Virus record (IMG/VR): IMGVR_UViG_3300031972_002304
Coordinates: 2,522 to 66,521 of that record
From: a virus
Direction: 5' to 3' (one strand)
DNA: 64,000 nt
Shown one piece after another: positions 1 to 9,754 of this stretch. A program made the position numbers and the translations under genes. The notes beneath the pieces were generated by a model. The model saw only the letters and a program-made list of their open reading frames with translations, ran no database searches and was not told the DNA's origin. Position 1 is the stretch's first letter; the number at the start of each line of letters is the position of its first letter.

Positions 1-1
1 G

Positions 2-844
2 GACTGTGGCGGAACCGGGAAAGTCGATCACCCCGCCCCCTCGGCAGAGGGAACGCTGAGAGAAGAGGCCGGGAGCGGGCGACCTATCGCGAAGCGATTG
101 AGCGAGATTGAGCGGCAGGCTGCTATCTGGGGCGAGATCTCGGAAGGCGACGATCCGCTTCCCGCCGTGCTGAAAGTCGTTGCCGAACTCATCAGCATGG
201 CTCGCGCGCTGAACGGCGGCGTCGAAAGTCTGAAGCGCGAGCGCGCTCTCGCCTCCCCGCTGCCGGCGGATGGGTGGGAGGTTGGGGATGCCCGCCTTCT
301 TCAGTGGGACATCAACCGTGATCTGGCCTCCTACCCTTCAGGGCCGCTGGCAGTTGGGAAGGCGGAACACGCGTTCATTGGCTGGGAAGGCGGATTTCGC
401 GGCAAGCTTCTTCTTAGCGAGGCTGAGGCTGACTTCTTCAAGTCTCGGCTCCGCAGCGCGATCGTCTCCTCTCCACGCCCCCAGAGCGGGGGAGCCGAGA
501 CGGTGACGTTCCGCTATCGTAACTGGCGCGGCGAGAGCGCCGACGCGCTTATGCAGTTCCTCGATCAGCCGGCCAACAGCGAGCGACAGTCATCTGACGA
601 AGCTTTCAAGCTTGTCATGGTGCGCGCCGACAAGGCCGAGGCTGCCCGCGACGAAGCCCTCGCACGGCTGGAGAGGGCGGAGGCGGCGCTGGTGATCGAG
701 CGCCGGAAGGTTCGCTTGTTGCGCGACGCGCTGCCATCATGCGGGTGTGATGGCGCCTATGACGACGGATGCTTCAAATGCACCCCGGAACGGCTCGACG
801 ACGCCGCCATCGCCAGCAAGAAAGGCTCCGACCATGTCCGGTGA
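2..844 (+). CDS. Hypothetical phage protein, 5'-truncated
   Basis: Frame of ORF 98..844 is open back to position 2 (DCGGTGKV, part of a CxxCxGxG motif); C-terminal CGC/CFKC. Confidence 0.6.
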   Translation, partial: DCGGTGKVDHPAPSAEGTLREEAGSGRPIAKRLSEIERQAAIWGEISEGDDPLPAVLKVVAELISMARALNGGVESLKRERALASPLPADGWEVGDARLLQWDINRDLASYPSGPLAVGKAEHAFIGWEGGFRGKLLLSEAEADFFKSRLRSAIVSSPRPQSGGAETVTFRYRNWRGESADALMQFLDQPANSERQSSDEAFKLVMVRADKAEAARDEALARLERAEAALVIERRKVRLLRDALPSCGCDGAYDDGCFKCTPERLDDAAIASKKGSDHVR

Positions 845-1163
845 AATCCCCGAAGACGTCATGGCGCTGGCCGTGCGCATCGTCTCGCATTGCCAGAACA
901 CGCCTCCAAGAGAAGCGATCGATATCGTTGGCCGCATCCTTCTCGCCGATCGCGCCTCAGACTCCCGCCTCCAGGCGGCACGGGCTGAGGCGTACGAGGA
1001 GGCGGCGAAGATCGCTGAGGCTGAGGCGGCAAAATTCGATGACCTCGGGAGGAAACATCCAGAGGACAGCGGCTCTCGGGATCGTTGCTTCGCCAGGGCG
1101 CGGAGTGCGATCGCTATCGCAGCTGCAATCCGCAAGGCGAAGCAAAGGGGCGGGAATGTCTGA
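834..1163 (+). CDS. Hypothetical protein
   Basis: ATG 834 overlaps upstream gene end; MSGEIPEDV...; EEAAKIAE motif common in small phage proteins. Confidence 0.6.
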   Translation: MSGEIPEDVMALAVRIVSHCQNTPPREAIDIVGRILLADRASDSRLQAARAEAYEEAAKIAEAEAAKFDDLGRKHPEDSGSRDRCFARARSAIAIAAAIRKAKQRGGNV

Positions 1164-1401
1164 ACGCGAGCGATCCTCCCTCGCAGTTCAGGCAGCCGAG
1201 GTGAAGCTGATCCTGATCGAGCGGCGCGATCAGCTTGAAGGGTTGTCGGCCCGGAAGCGCGATCGGCCGCCGCAGGAGGTGCTGGACAACAAGGCGTATC
1301 GCCTGCTGATCCTCGAGGACATCTGCGAGACGGTGCAGCGTACCGCCGACGCCCGCGCCAAGCTGATGCAGAAAAAATCAACACCGGCTGTTGACCCGTA
1401 A
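1156..1401 (+). CDS. Hypothetical protein
   Basis: ATG 1156 overlaps upstream gene end; helical 81 aa. Confidence 0.6.
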   Translation: MSERERSSLAVQAAEVKLILIERRDQLEGLSARKRDRPPQEVLDNKAYRLLILEDICETVQRTADARAKLMQKKSTPAVDP

Positions 1402-1450
1402 GGAAAAGTGAGTCAAACAGCTGCCTATGTCGCGTAAATGCGTCACGAAG

Positions 1451-1471
1451 AACCCGCCACCGGCGGGTTTT
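1451..1471 (+). terminator. Intrinsic terminator in late-operon leader
   Basis: AACCCGCC-ACC-GGCGGGTTTT; TTGACC at 1391 may be the -35 of a late promoter. Confidence 0.6.
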
Positions 1472-1490
1472 GTCGTTTTGGAGCGATGCC

Positions 1491-1802
1491 GTGCCGAAGA
1501 TCCCAATGATCAAGGCGCGCATCCCGACCCTCACCAGCCGGGTGCCGCGGCAGGAAAAGCAGGCCGACAGCTTCTACACCTCGCCGGAGTGGCGCGCGCT
1601 GATCGCAGCGATCAAGGAGCAGCGCGGCAACCAGTGCGCCGATGTCGGGCCGCACTCGGGCCGCATCCTGGGCGACCACATCGTGGAAATCAAAGACGGC
1701 GGCGCGCTGCTCGACCCCGCGAATATCATGCTCCGGTGCGCGGGCTGTCACAACCGAAAGACCGGCCGCGAGCGTGCGAAGCGCGCCGCCGCCAAATGGT
1801 GA
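1491..1802 (+). CDS. HNH endonuclease (packaging-associated)
   Basis: FYTSPEWR...DHIVEIKDGG...CAGCHNRKT; directly upstream of TerS. Confidence 0.9.
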   Translation: MPKIPMIKARIPTLTSRVPRQEKQADSFYTSPEWRALIAAIKEQRGNQCADVGPHSGRILGDHIVEIKDGGALLDPANIMLRCAGCHNRKTGRERAKRAAAKW

Positions 1803-1805
1803 ACC

Positions 1806-2255
1806 ATGCCGACAAAGCCGAAGAGCAAGGCCACGCGGTCACGCGGCGGGCGCCCGCCGTATAGCCCGACCATCGAATCCCGCCAGATGGTGGAGGAGAT
1901 GAAGTTCTGCGGTGAGAGCGAGAACACGATCGCCAGGGCCCTGCGGATCGACGTCGACACGATGCGCAAGCATTTCGCCGACGAACTCGCCTATGGCCAC
2001 GCCAGCCGGCGCAGGGAGATCGTCAGTCTGCTCTTCAAGTCGGCGCGGGACGGCAATGTCTCGGCGCAGAAGAAGCTCGAGGAGATGGGGCGCGTCGCAG
2101 GCGCAGCGGCAGAGATTGACCGCCGAGGTCAGGCCCCGACTCCGCCGGCACCGCCGAAGCTTGGCAAGAAGGAGCAGCAGCTCGTCGACGCGAAGGAGGT
2201 GACGGGCAAGTTCGCACCGCCGGCGCCGCCGAAACTCATCGTGAACAACGGCTGA
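1806..2255 (+). CDS. terS: Terminase small subunit
   Basis: GRPPY + HTH N-terminus, GNVSAQ, LGKKE; precedes TerL. Confidence 0.8.
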   Translation: MPTKPKSKATRSRGGRPPYSPTIESRQMVEEMKFCGESENTIARALRIDVDTMRKHFADELAYGHASRRREIVSLLFKSARDGNVSAQKKLEEMGRVAGAAAEIDRRGQAPTPPAPPKLGKKEQQLVDAKEVTGKFAPPAPPKLIVNNG

Positions 2256-2256
2256 C

Positions 2257-3984
2257 ATGGAGTGGTCGACCGCCTGCGTTGACTGGCGTGAGAGGATCGT
2301 CGCCAAGCAGTCGCTGATCGCCTTCGACCCGCTGTTCCCGTCGGAATCTGAGGCTGCGCTCGCGGTCTTCAAGTCGCTCAATGTCGTGGACCTTCCACAG
2401 GTCTACGATCAAAAGACGGGCGAATACCGGTATCAGACCTTCGGCGACGTCGCGGAAGAGTTCGTCTTCGATTTCGTCCGAGCGGTGTTCGGCGCCTATG
2501 ACGCGGAGAACGCCTCCAGGCTGATCGAAGAGTTCTTCCTGCTGGTGAGCAAGAAGAACGGCAAGTCGGTCGTCGTCGCCGGGATCATGCTGACGGCGCT
2601 CATCCGCAACTGGCGGCACTCGGCGGAACTGCTGATCCTGGCCCCGACGAAAGAGGTCGCGGACAACTCCTTCAAGCCTGCCTCCGACATGGTGCGGTCC
2701 GACCCAGAGTTGACGGACCTCCTCCATATTCAGGACAATCTGAAGCAGATCACGCACCGGCTGACGCGGGCCGTTCTCAAGGTCGTCTCGGCAGATTCTT
2801 CGACGTCGGCCGGCAAGAAAGCCGGGTTCGTCATGGTGGACGAGCTTTGGCTGTTCGGGAAGAAGGCCAACGCCGCGGCGATGCTGCAGGAGGCGACCGG
2901 CGGCCTAATCTCCAAGCCGGAGGGCTTCATCATCTACGTGTCGACGCAGAGCGACACGCCGCCGGCTGGAGTCTTCAAGGAGAAGCTCGACTACGCTCGC
3001 GATGTCCGCGACGGGAAGATCAAGGATCCACGGTTCCTGCCGGTGATCTACGAATTCCCGGAGGCGATGATCAAGTCGAAGGCCTATCTGAAGCCTGAGA
3101 ACTTCTACATCACGAACCCCAACCTGGGCCGCTCGGTTCGGCAAAGCTGGCTAGAGCGTAAACTCGCAGCGGTCCTCCAAGGGACGGACGAAGAAAACGA
3201 CACGATTCAGACCTTCCTCGCGAAGCATCTGAACATCGAGATCGGCATGAACCTGCGGGCCAATCGCTGGCCCGGGGCGGATTTCTGGGCGCGCCAGGCG
3301 AAGCCAGAGATCACGATCGAATGGCTCATGCGGAAGTGCGACGTGATCGTGCCGGGCCTCGACGGCGGCGGTCTCGACGACCTCTTCGGGCTGTGCCTGC
3401 TCGGCCGCCACGCTGTCTCGAGGCACTGGTTCGCCTGGTGCCACGCATGGTGCCATCGCGGCGTTCTGGAAAGGCGCAAGCAGATCGCTCCGAAGCTGCT
3501 CGACTTCCGCACGGCCGGCGATCTGACGATCGTTGACGACGAGCTAGAGGACGTGTCGGCCATCGTCGAGATCATCGGCGCGGTGAAGGACGAAGGGCTG
3601 CTCGGGCCGGTCGCGGTCGACCCAGCCGGCATCGGCGAGCTGGTCGACGCCTTGGCCGAGATCGGCGTCACCGCCGAGGAGGGTCTGCTGATCGGCGCGC
3701 CGCAGGGCTACGCGCTGATGAACGCGATCAAGACGGCCGAGCGCAAGCTCGCGAACCGGACGCTCTGGCACAGCGGCGCCGGCATGATGTCCTGGTGCGT
3801 CAGCAACCTGAAGATCGAGCCGACAGCTACGGCGATTCGCGCGTCGAAGCAGACCGCCGGCGACGCGAAGATTGATCCCGTCATAGGGCTATTCAACGCG
3901 GTCACCGTGATGAGCAGAAACCCGGAAGCGAGTGGATCGATGAATCTGGACGAGTTCCTCTCGAACCCGATCATGGTGGTGTGA
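2257..3984 (+). CDS. terL: Terminase large subunit
   Basis: Walker A KKNGKS, Walker B VMVDELW, C-terminal KIDP nuclease motif. Confidence 0.97.
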   Translation: MEWSTACVDWRERIVAKQSLIAFDPLFPSESEAALAVFKSLNVVDLPQVYDQKTGEYRYQTFGDVAEEFVFDFVRAVFGAYDAENASRLIEEFFLLVSKKNGKSVVVAGIMLTALIRNWRHSAELLILAPTKEVADNSFKPASDMVRSDPELTDLLHIQDNLKQITHRLTRAVLKVVSADSSTSAGKKAGFVMVDELWLFGKKANAAAMLQEATGGLISKPEGFIIYVSTQSDTPPAGVFKEKLDYARDVRDGKIKDPRFLPVIYEFPEAMIKSKAYLKPENFYITNPNLGRSVRQSWLERKLAAVLQGTDEENDTIQTFLAKHLNIEIGMNLRANRWPGADFWARQAKPEITIEWLMRKCDVIVPGLDGGGLDDLFGLCLLGRHAVSRHWFAWCHAWCHRGVLERRKQIAPKLLDFRTAGDLTIVDDELEDVSAIVEIIGAVKDEGLLGPVAVDPAGIGELVDALAEIGVTAEEGLLIGAPQGYALMNAIKTAERKLANRTLWHSGAGMMSWCVSNLKIEPTATAIRASKQTAGDAKIDPVIGLFNAVTVMSRNPEASGSMNLDEFLSNPIMVV

Positions 3985-5276
3985 TGGGCATCGCGAGCTG
4001 GCTCGGCAGGACTATCCGCCTGACCGACGGGGACTTCTGGAAGGGGTTCTTCGGCCTCGGCACCCATTCAGGGGAGACCGTGACGACGGAAAAGGCGCTG
4101 CAGCTCGACGCCGCCTGGGCCTGCATCAAGCTCAATTCGGAGACCGTCGGCACACTCCCTTGCGTGGTCTACGAGCAGGACGGATCCACTGTCGCCGTCG
4201 ACAATCCGCTCTACGAACTGCTGCATGACGCTCCGAACGCGGACGATACCGCGGTCGAGTTTTGGGAGGGTGTGGTGCTCTCCCTTATGCTCTGGGGCAA
4301 CTATGTCGCGGAGATCGTCCGGAGCGGCGGGCGCATCGTTGCCATCATGCCGATCAAGGCAGAATGCGTCACCATCGAGCGAGCGGAAGACGGCTCCCGC
4401 CGATATGTCATCAACGAGGAAGGCAAAACTCGAAATCTTGCCGAGGAGAACGTGTTCCACGTCAGAGGCCTTCGGAAGCCTGGTCATGATCTCGGCATGT
4501 CTCCGATCGCCTACGCCCGCCAGACGCTCGGCAACGCGATGGCTGCCGAGAAGACCGCCGGGAAGATGTTCTCCAACGGGATGCAGACAGCCGGTGTCTT
4601 GACGTCCGGAACCGTTCTGAAGCCTGAGCAGCGGAAGCAGATCAGCTCGATGATGCTCGAGTACGCTGGTTCCGATAAGGCCGGCAAGATCATGATCCTG
4701 GAGGCGGGGTTCGACTACAAGCAACTCTCGCTTACACCCGAAGACGCGCAGATGCTGGCGACCCGGCAGTTCGGGATCGAGCAGATTTGCCGCTGGTTCG
4801 GCGTCCCACCCATCATGATCGGCCATGCATCTCAGGGGCAGACGATGTGGGGCAGCGGCGTCGAGCAGCTGATTCTGCAGTTTTCCAAGACGGGCCTGCG
4901 GCCGATCCTGAAACGGATCGAGGGCGCAATTCGTCGCGATCTTCTGACGATCGAACAGCGCAAGACGCTTAAGGTCGAATTCAACATGGAAGGGCTCCTG
5001 CGCGGCGACAGTGCTGCGCGGGCCGCCTTCTACTCGACCATGGTGCAGAACGGCATCATGACCCGCAACGAGGCGCGCAAGCTCGAGAATCGCCCCCCCA
5101 TGGACGGCGCCGACATGCTGACCGCGCAAACGAACCTCGCTCCCCTGGACAAACTCGGATCCACCATCGGCGGCGCCCAAGTCCAAGTGGGAGCGGCCAT
5201 GGCTGCTTTGATCGAAGGTTCGGTCGAGCAAGCGGTCGCAAAGGCGCTGGCGAAGCAGCCTGCGGAGAAGAGGTGA
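3984..5276 (+). CDS. HK97-family portal protein
   Basis: LWGNY, GMSPI, FGVPP, GLLRGD, MTRNEAR motifs. Confidence 0.97.
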   Translation: MGIASWLGRTIRLTDGDFWKGFFGLGTHSGETVTTEKALQLDAAWACIKLNSETVGTLPCVVYEQDGSTVAVDNPLYELLHDAPNADDTAVEFWEGVVLSLMLWGNYVAEIVRSGGRIVAIMPIKAECVTIERAEDGSRRYVINEEGKTRNLAEENVFHVRGLRKPGHDLGMSPIAYARQTLGNAMAAEKTAGKMFSNGMQTAGVLTSGTVLKPEQRKQISSMMLEYAGSDKAGKIMILEAGFDYKQLSLTPEDAQMLATRQFGIEQICRWFGVPPIMIGHASQGQTMWGSGVEQLILQFSKTGLRPILKRIEGAIRRDLLTIEQRKTLKVEFNMEGLLRGDSAARAAFYSTMVQNGIMTRNEARKLENRPPMDGADMLTAQTNLAPLDKLGSTIGGAQVQVGAAMAALIEGSVEQAVAKALAKQPAEKR

Positions 5277-5280
5277 TCCG

Positions 5281-6402
5281 ATGAAATACCTGCACATCCT
5301 TTCCGCCTTCGCGGCCGAGCCGCTTGCGATGCAGCCGGAGAAGATCAGGGAGATCACCGCGTTTCTGATGCTGAAGGCGGAAGGCGGCGAGCTGAGCGCC
5401 GAAGAGCGCGCGGCGAAGATCACCAACAAGGCGTCGAATGACGTCGCGAAGCGGGAAGGCGCGATCGCCGTCGTACCGGTCTATGGCGTGCTCGCGCAGC
5501 GCATGAACATGATGGCCGAGTTCTCCGGCGGCACGTCCTACTCGCTTCTCAAGCAGCAGGTCATGGCGGCGCTCGCCAGCGACGAGGTGAAGGCGGTCGT
5601 GCTCGACATCGACAGCCCAGGCGGCGCGGTGCCGGGCACGGTCGAGCTTTCCGATTTCATCCGGTCGGTCCGCGGCGGCGCAAAGCCGATCATCGCTCAG
5701 GTCAACAGCCTCGCGGCGTCGGCCGCCTACTGGATCGCGACTTCCGCCGACGAGATCGTGGTGACGCCATCCGGTCGCGCCGGCTCGATCGGCGTCTACA
5801 CCTCGCACGACGACATCTCCGCCTTCCTCGAGCAGAAGGGCGTGAAGCGGACCTATATCGCCGCCGGCAAATACAAGGTCGAGGGGAACGAGACATCTCC
5901 CCTCGACGAGGAGGCCCGCTCCTACGTGCAGAGCTTGATCGATCAGAGCTACGACGCCTTCGTCAGCTCGGTTGCCGAGGGGCGCGGCGTGACCCGGTCG
6001 AAGGTGCTGGACGGCTTCGGGCAGGGCCGCATCTTCGGCGCGCAGGATCTCGTCGATCGCGGCATGGCCGATCGGGTCGCCACGCTGGACGAGACGCTCC
6101 AGCGCTTTGGTGCGCAGACGGAGCCCGAGGCGATCCGCAAGATGCGAGCGGCGAGCGGCGCCCGCGCCGAGGCAGCGGAGACGCTGGTGAGCAAGATTCG
6201 GGCCGGGGCTCCGGTCACGAAGCGCGAGTTCGAGCACGGCCTCAAGGGGCTTGCAGGCCTCTCGAACTCGGAAGCAGAGCGGGCCGCCCGGCTCTACTTC
6301 AAGGACGATCAGGGGGATCCTGATGCTGCGGCGAGAAGCGCTTCGGTTCTGAAGGCGCTGCGCGATGCGCGGGCCAAGGCCGAGGCATTTTCCACCACGT
6401 AA
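5281..6402 (+). CDS. S49/ClpP-class prohead protease
   Basis: LDIDSPGG, AASAAYWIA, GSIGV motifs; between portal and capsid. Confidence 0.93.
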   Translation: MKYLHILSAFAAEPLAMQPEKIREITAFLMLKAEGGELSAEERAAKITNKASNDVAKREGAIAVVPVYGVLAQRMNMMAEFSGGTSYSLLKQQVMAALASDEVKAVVLDIDSPGGAVPGTVELSDFIRSVRGGAKPIIAQVNSLAASAAYWIATSADEIVVTPSGRAGSIGVYTSHDDISAFLEQKGVKRTYIAAGKYKVEGNETSPLDEEARSYVQSLIDQSYDAFVSSVAEGRGVTRSKVLDGFGQGRIFGAQDLVDRGMADRVATLDETLQRFGAQTEPEAIRKMRAASGARAEAAETLVSKIRAGAPVTKREFEHGLKGLAGLSNSEAERAARLYFKDDQGDPDAAARSASVLKALRDARAKAEAFSTT

Positions 6403-6416
6403 ATCAGGAGGGCATC

Positions 6417-7637
6417 ATGCCCGAGAACGACGAGATTGCCGGCGAGATCGGCAAGCTGGGCGAGTCCATCGCCAAGATCCGCGAGCAGGTCCAGAACATG
6501 GGCGCCGATCTGACCGCCAAGGTCAGCGCCGGCGGCGACGAGACCGCTGCGGTGAAGGAGAAGGTCGACAAGGCCCTTTCCGAGATGAACGAGATGTCGG
6601 GCCGCCTGTCCGATCTCGAGAAGAAGCGGGCCCGCGAGCGCGAGGGTGCCGATCGCCAGCAGAAGACCCTCGGCGAGCTCGTCATCGAGAGCGAGGCGTT
6701 CAAGAACTCCAACCTCGACGGTGCCTCGCGCGGCTCCTGCCGCATCAAGATCGATCGCGCCAACATCACCTCGGCGCCGTCGACCGTCGGCGACAATACC
6801 AGCGTCGGCACCAGCCTCGTCCCGGGCATGCGCGTTCCGGGCATCATCGCGCCCCCGAATCGGATGATGACCATCCGCGACCTGCTGATGCCGGGGCAGA
6901 CGAGTTCGAGCAACGTCGAATACGTCAAGGAAACCGGCTTCACCAACAACGCGCGGCCGGTGTCCGAAGGCACGACCAAGCCGAAGTCGGACCTGACCTT
7001 CGAGCTGGAGAGCGCGCCGGTCCGCACGATCGCGCACATCTTCAAGGCATCCCGCCAGATCCTGGACGATGCCGTCGGCCTGCGCTCCTACATCGACGGA
7101 CGCGCCCGCTACGGCCTGATGTTCAAGGAAGAAGCGCAGTTGCTCAACGGCGACGGTAACGGCCAGAACATCAACGGCCTGATCCCTCAGGCGACCGACT
7201 ACTCGGCCGAGTTCACCCCGTCGTCGGCGCAGCAGATCGACACGCTCCGCCTGGCGCTGCTGCAGGTCGTCCTCGCCGAGTATCCGTCGAACGGCTTCGT
7301 CCTCAACCCGATCGATTGGGCGCGGATCGAGCTGACGAAGGACGCCGAGGGCCGCTACATCATCGGCAACCCGGTCAACGGCACCATGCCGATGCTGTGG
7401 AATCTGCCGGTCGTGTCGACCCAGGCCATGGGCGACGGCGAGTTCCTGACCGGCGCCTTCAACATGGCGGCTCAGATATTCGACCGGATGGAGATCGAAG
7501 TCCTTCTGTCGTCCGAGAACGTCGACGACTTCGAGAAGAACATGTTCACGATCCGCGCCGAGGAGCGCCTCGCGCTCGCCGTCTACCGGCCCGAGGCCTT
7601 CGTCTACGGCGACTTCGGCCTGTCGTCCGGCGCCTGA
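6417..7637 (+). CDS. HK97-fold major capsid protein
   Basis: Coiled-coil delta domain, EGTTKP, LNGDG, IRAEERLAL..RPEAF. Confidence 0.97.
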   Translation: MPENDEIAGEIGKLGESIAKIREQVQNMGADLTAKVSAGGDETAAVKEKVDKALSEMNEMSGRLSDLEKKRAREREGADRQQKTLGELVIESEAFKNSNLDGASRGSCRIKIDRANITSAPSTVGDNTSVGTSLVPGMRVPGIIAPPNRMMTIRDLLMPGQTSSSNVEYVKETGFTNNARPVSEGTTKPKSDLTFELESAPVRTIAHIFKASRQILDDAVGLRSYIDGRARYGLMFKEEAQLLNGDGNGQNINGLIPQATDYSAEFTPSSAQQIDTLRLALLQVVLAEYPSNGFVLNPIDWARIELTKDAEGRYIIGNPVNGTMPMLWNLPVVSTQAMGDGEFLTGAFNMAAQIFDRMEIEVLLSSENVDDFEKNMFTIRAEERLALAVYRPEAFVYGDFGLSSGA

Positions 7638-7713
7638 TCGGCGGCCGTGACGATCTGACAAGGCGGGAGGCGGCGATGTCGCCTCCCGATCCCGGCAATC
7701 TGGAGTGATCCCG

Positions 7714-8052
7714 ATGAAGCTTCGGTCTCTGCGGCCGCTCGAGGGCAACTATGGCTCGGTCCGGCGCAATCAGGTTTTCGACGCCACCGACCACGTCGCG
7801 CGCCGTCTGATCAACAAGGGCCTCGCCGTTCCGACCGAGATGGATATCCCGGCTGACATCGGCACTCTTTCGGTGGAGGTGGCCGAAGAGGCGACCCGCC
7901 GCCCTCCGGAGCCGCCGCGCCCGCCTTCGCCGCCGGCGCCGCCCCAGCGTGGTGGCCAGACTGGCGAGGAGGAACGGCCATCCTCGTCGGAGGAGGCCCC
8001 TCCGCGGCAGAAGCGCCGCTATCGGAGGTCAAAGGACGCAGCTTCGTCATGA
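7714..8052 (+). CDS. Small Pro-rich head-associated protein
   Basis: Follows MCP; RRLINKGLA motif; ATGA overlap with next gene. Confidence 0.6.
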   Translation: MKLRSLRPLEGNYGSVRRNQVFDATDHVARRLINKGLAVPTEMDIPADIGTLSVEVAEEATRRPPEPPRPPSPPAPPQRGGQTGEEERPSSSEEAPPRQKRRYRRSKDAASS

Positions 8053-8558
8053 CGATCAACAACGCGTGGAAGCTCGCGCCTTGGGCCGACGTCCTCTACG
8101 CCTGCGATTTCTCCTGGTGGAACCATCACCGCGGCGCGCCCGAGTTCGAAGGGCTGAAGATCAGCCAGGATTCCAAGGCCTCCGACACCTTCAAGGACGT
8201 CCGCGCCGTTCGAACGAAGCGCCGCGAAGACGGCCTGCTGCTTGGCCGGCCCGGTCATATCGGCTGGGGCGGCAACGGCGGCTTTCAGGCGCTGAACCTC
8301 GCCGTCCAGTTCGGCGCCAAGCGGATCATCCTCGTCGGCTACGACATGCATCTTGATCGCGGTCGCCACTGGCACGGCGATCACCCGAAGGGGCTGCACA
8401 ACCCGCTGCCTGGCAACGTCCGGCGCTGGCGGGCAGCGATCGACAAGAACGCGCCGCTGCTGAAGGCGTTCGGCGTGACCGTGATCAACGCGTCGATGGA
8501 ATCGGCGCTCACCGCATTCCCGAAAATGAGCCTGCTGGAGGCTTTCGATGTCGATTGA
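8049..8558 (+). CDS. Putative glycosyltransferase-like protein (MAF/DUF115/sialyltransferase-like fold)
   Basis: INNAW..ADVLYACD..WW, GNGGFQALNLA..GAKRIILVGYDM, VINAS motifs. Confidence 0.65.
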   Translation: MTINNAWKLAPWADVLYACDFSWWNHHRGAPEFEGLKISQDSKASDTFKDVRAVRTKRREDGLLLGRPGHIGWGGNGGFQALNLAVQFGAKRIILVGYDMHLDRGRHWHGDHPKGLHNPLPGNVRRWRAAIDKNAPLLKAFGVTVINASMESALTAFPKMSLLEAFDVD

Positions 8559-9075
8559 CCCTGCTGCGTTCGTTCATCCGAAGGCGCACGTCGAAGGCTC
8601 GACCGTCGGCGCGCGGACGAAGGTCTGGCAGTTCGCATCGATCGTCTGCGGCACCGTCATCGGCGCGGACTGCACGGTCGGCGCTGGCGTGGTGCTCTCT
8701 GGCCCGGTCTTCGGCGACCGGTGCAAGATCAGCTCGGGCGTGGTGATGGGGCCGGGCTTCAAGATCGGCGACGGCGTCTTCGTCGGGCCGAACGTCGTCT
8801 TCGCCAACGATGTGTGGCCGGAGTTCTCTGTCGAGGGCTACGACGACCGCCTTTTGCGCTCCGGCGACCGCTGGGCGGTGATCATCGGGAATGGGGCATC
8901 GATCGGCGCCAACGCCGTCGTGCTGCCGGGCGTGTGCATCGGCGCCGGCGCGGTAGTGGCGGCCGGGGCGGTCGTCGACCGGGATCTGCCGGACGGAACG
9001 CTTTGGTCTCGCGATGGCGGGACGCGAGGCGTTCCGGTCAACCGGCGCTCGCGAAGGATGAGGTTCGCAGGATGA
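8548..9075 (+). CDS. Hexapeptide-repeat sugar N/O-acyltransferase (WbpD/FdtC-like)
   Basis: VHPKAHV, TKVWQFA, FVGPNVVFAND, GASIGANAVVLPGV left-handed beta-helix repeats. Confidence 0.88.
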   Translation: MSIDPAAFVHPKAHVEGSTVGARTKVWQFASIVCGTVIGADCTVGAGVVLSGPVFGDRCKISSGVVMGPGFKIGDGVFVGPNVVFANDVWPEFSVEGYDDRLLRSGDRWAVIIGNGASIGANAVVLPGVCIGAGAVVAAGAVVDRDLPDGTLWSRDGGTRGVPVNRRSRRMRFAG

Positions 9076-9140
9076 GCGAGATGCAGTGGTATCAGAGACC
9101 GGTGCAGAGCGAGACGACGCCGGGCGGGGCAGGGCAGTGA
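9072..9140 (+). CDS. 22-aa micro-ORF
   Basis: ATGA overlap upstream and GTGA overlap downstream; MSEMQWYQRPVQSETTPGGAGQ. Confidence 0.4.
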   Translation: MSEMQWYQRPVQSETTPGGAGQ

Positions 9141-9754
9141 TCACCGTCGCCACGCTACTCTGGCAGCCGAACGGCTCGTCGAAGCGCTTCTCGCGCATGT
9201 ACGACGAGACTTGGGTCGAGAAGCTTTATTGCGGCTTCGCCCGCAACCTGACGCGGCCGTTCCGGTTCGTCTGCTTCGTCGACCGGCCCTACGACTTCGT
9301 GGAGCCCGCGATCGTCATGGAGCGGATCGCGGCGCGGCGCCCGACTTACGCCACATGCATCGAGCCATACCGGCTGAATGAGCCGATGATCCTGGTTGGC
9401 CTCGACACGATCGTCACCGGCAACATCGACCACCTCGCCGACTACTGCCTGACGGCGGACCGGATGGCGCTGCCGCGCGATCCGTATCACCCGGAGATCG
9501 CCTGCAACGGCGTGGCGCTGGTTCCCGCCGGCATGCGCGCGGTCGCGACGACGCACCGCGGCGAGAACGACATGGAGTGGGTGAGGGGATTCCAGCACCA
9601 CTTCACCGACGACCTCTTCCCGGGCCAGATCGTGTCCTACAAGGGCGCGGTCGAGCGGCGCGGTCTTGGCGATGCCCGCATCGTCTACTTCCACGGCGAG
9701 CGCAAGCCGCACCAACTGCCGAACGTCGGCTGGATCAAGGAGCACTGGCGATGA
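9137..9754 (+). CDS. GT-A fold glycosyltransferase
   Basis: FRFVCFVD, GLDTIVTGNID, IVYFHGERKP motifs. Confidence 0.8.
   Translation: MITVATLLWQPNGSSKRFSRMYDETWVEKLYCGFARNLTRPFRFVCFVDRPYDFVEPAIVMERIAARRPTYATCIEPYRLNEPMILVGLDTIVTGNIDHLADYCLTADRMALPRDPYHPEIACNGVALVPAGMRAVATTHRGENDMEWVRGFQHHFTDDLFPGQIVSYKGAVERRGLGDARIVYFHGERKPHQLPNVGWIKEHWR

Noticed and set aside
4068-7748. Long minus-strand ORFs (453, 393, 479 aa) and similar ones at 46568 and 52813
   Set aside because: Antisense shadows of high-GC genes; no motifs or RBS
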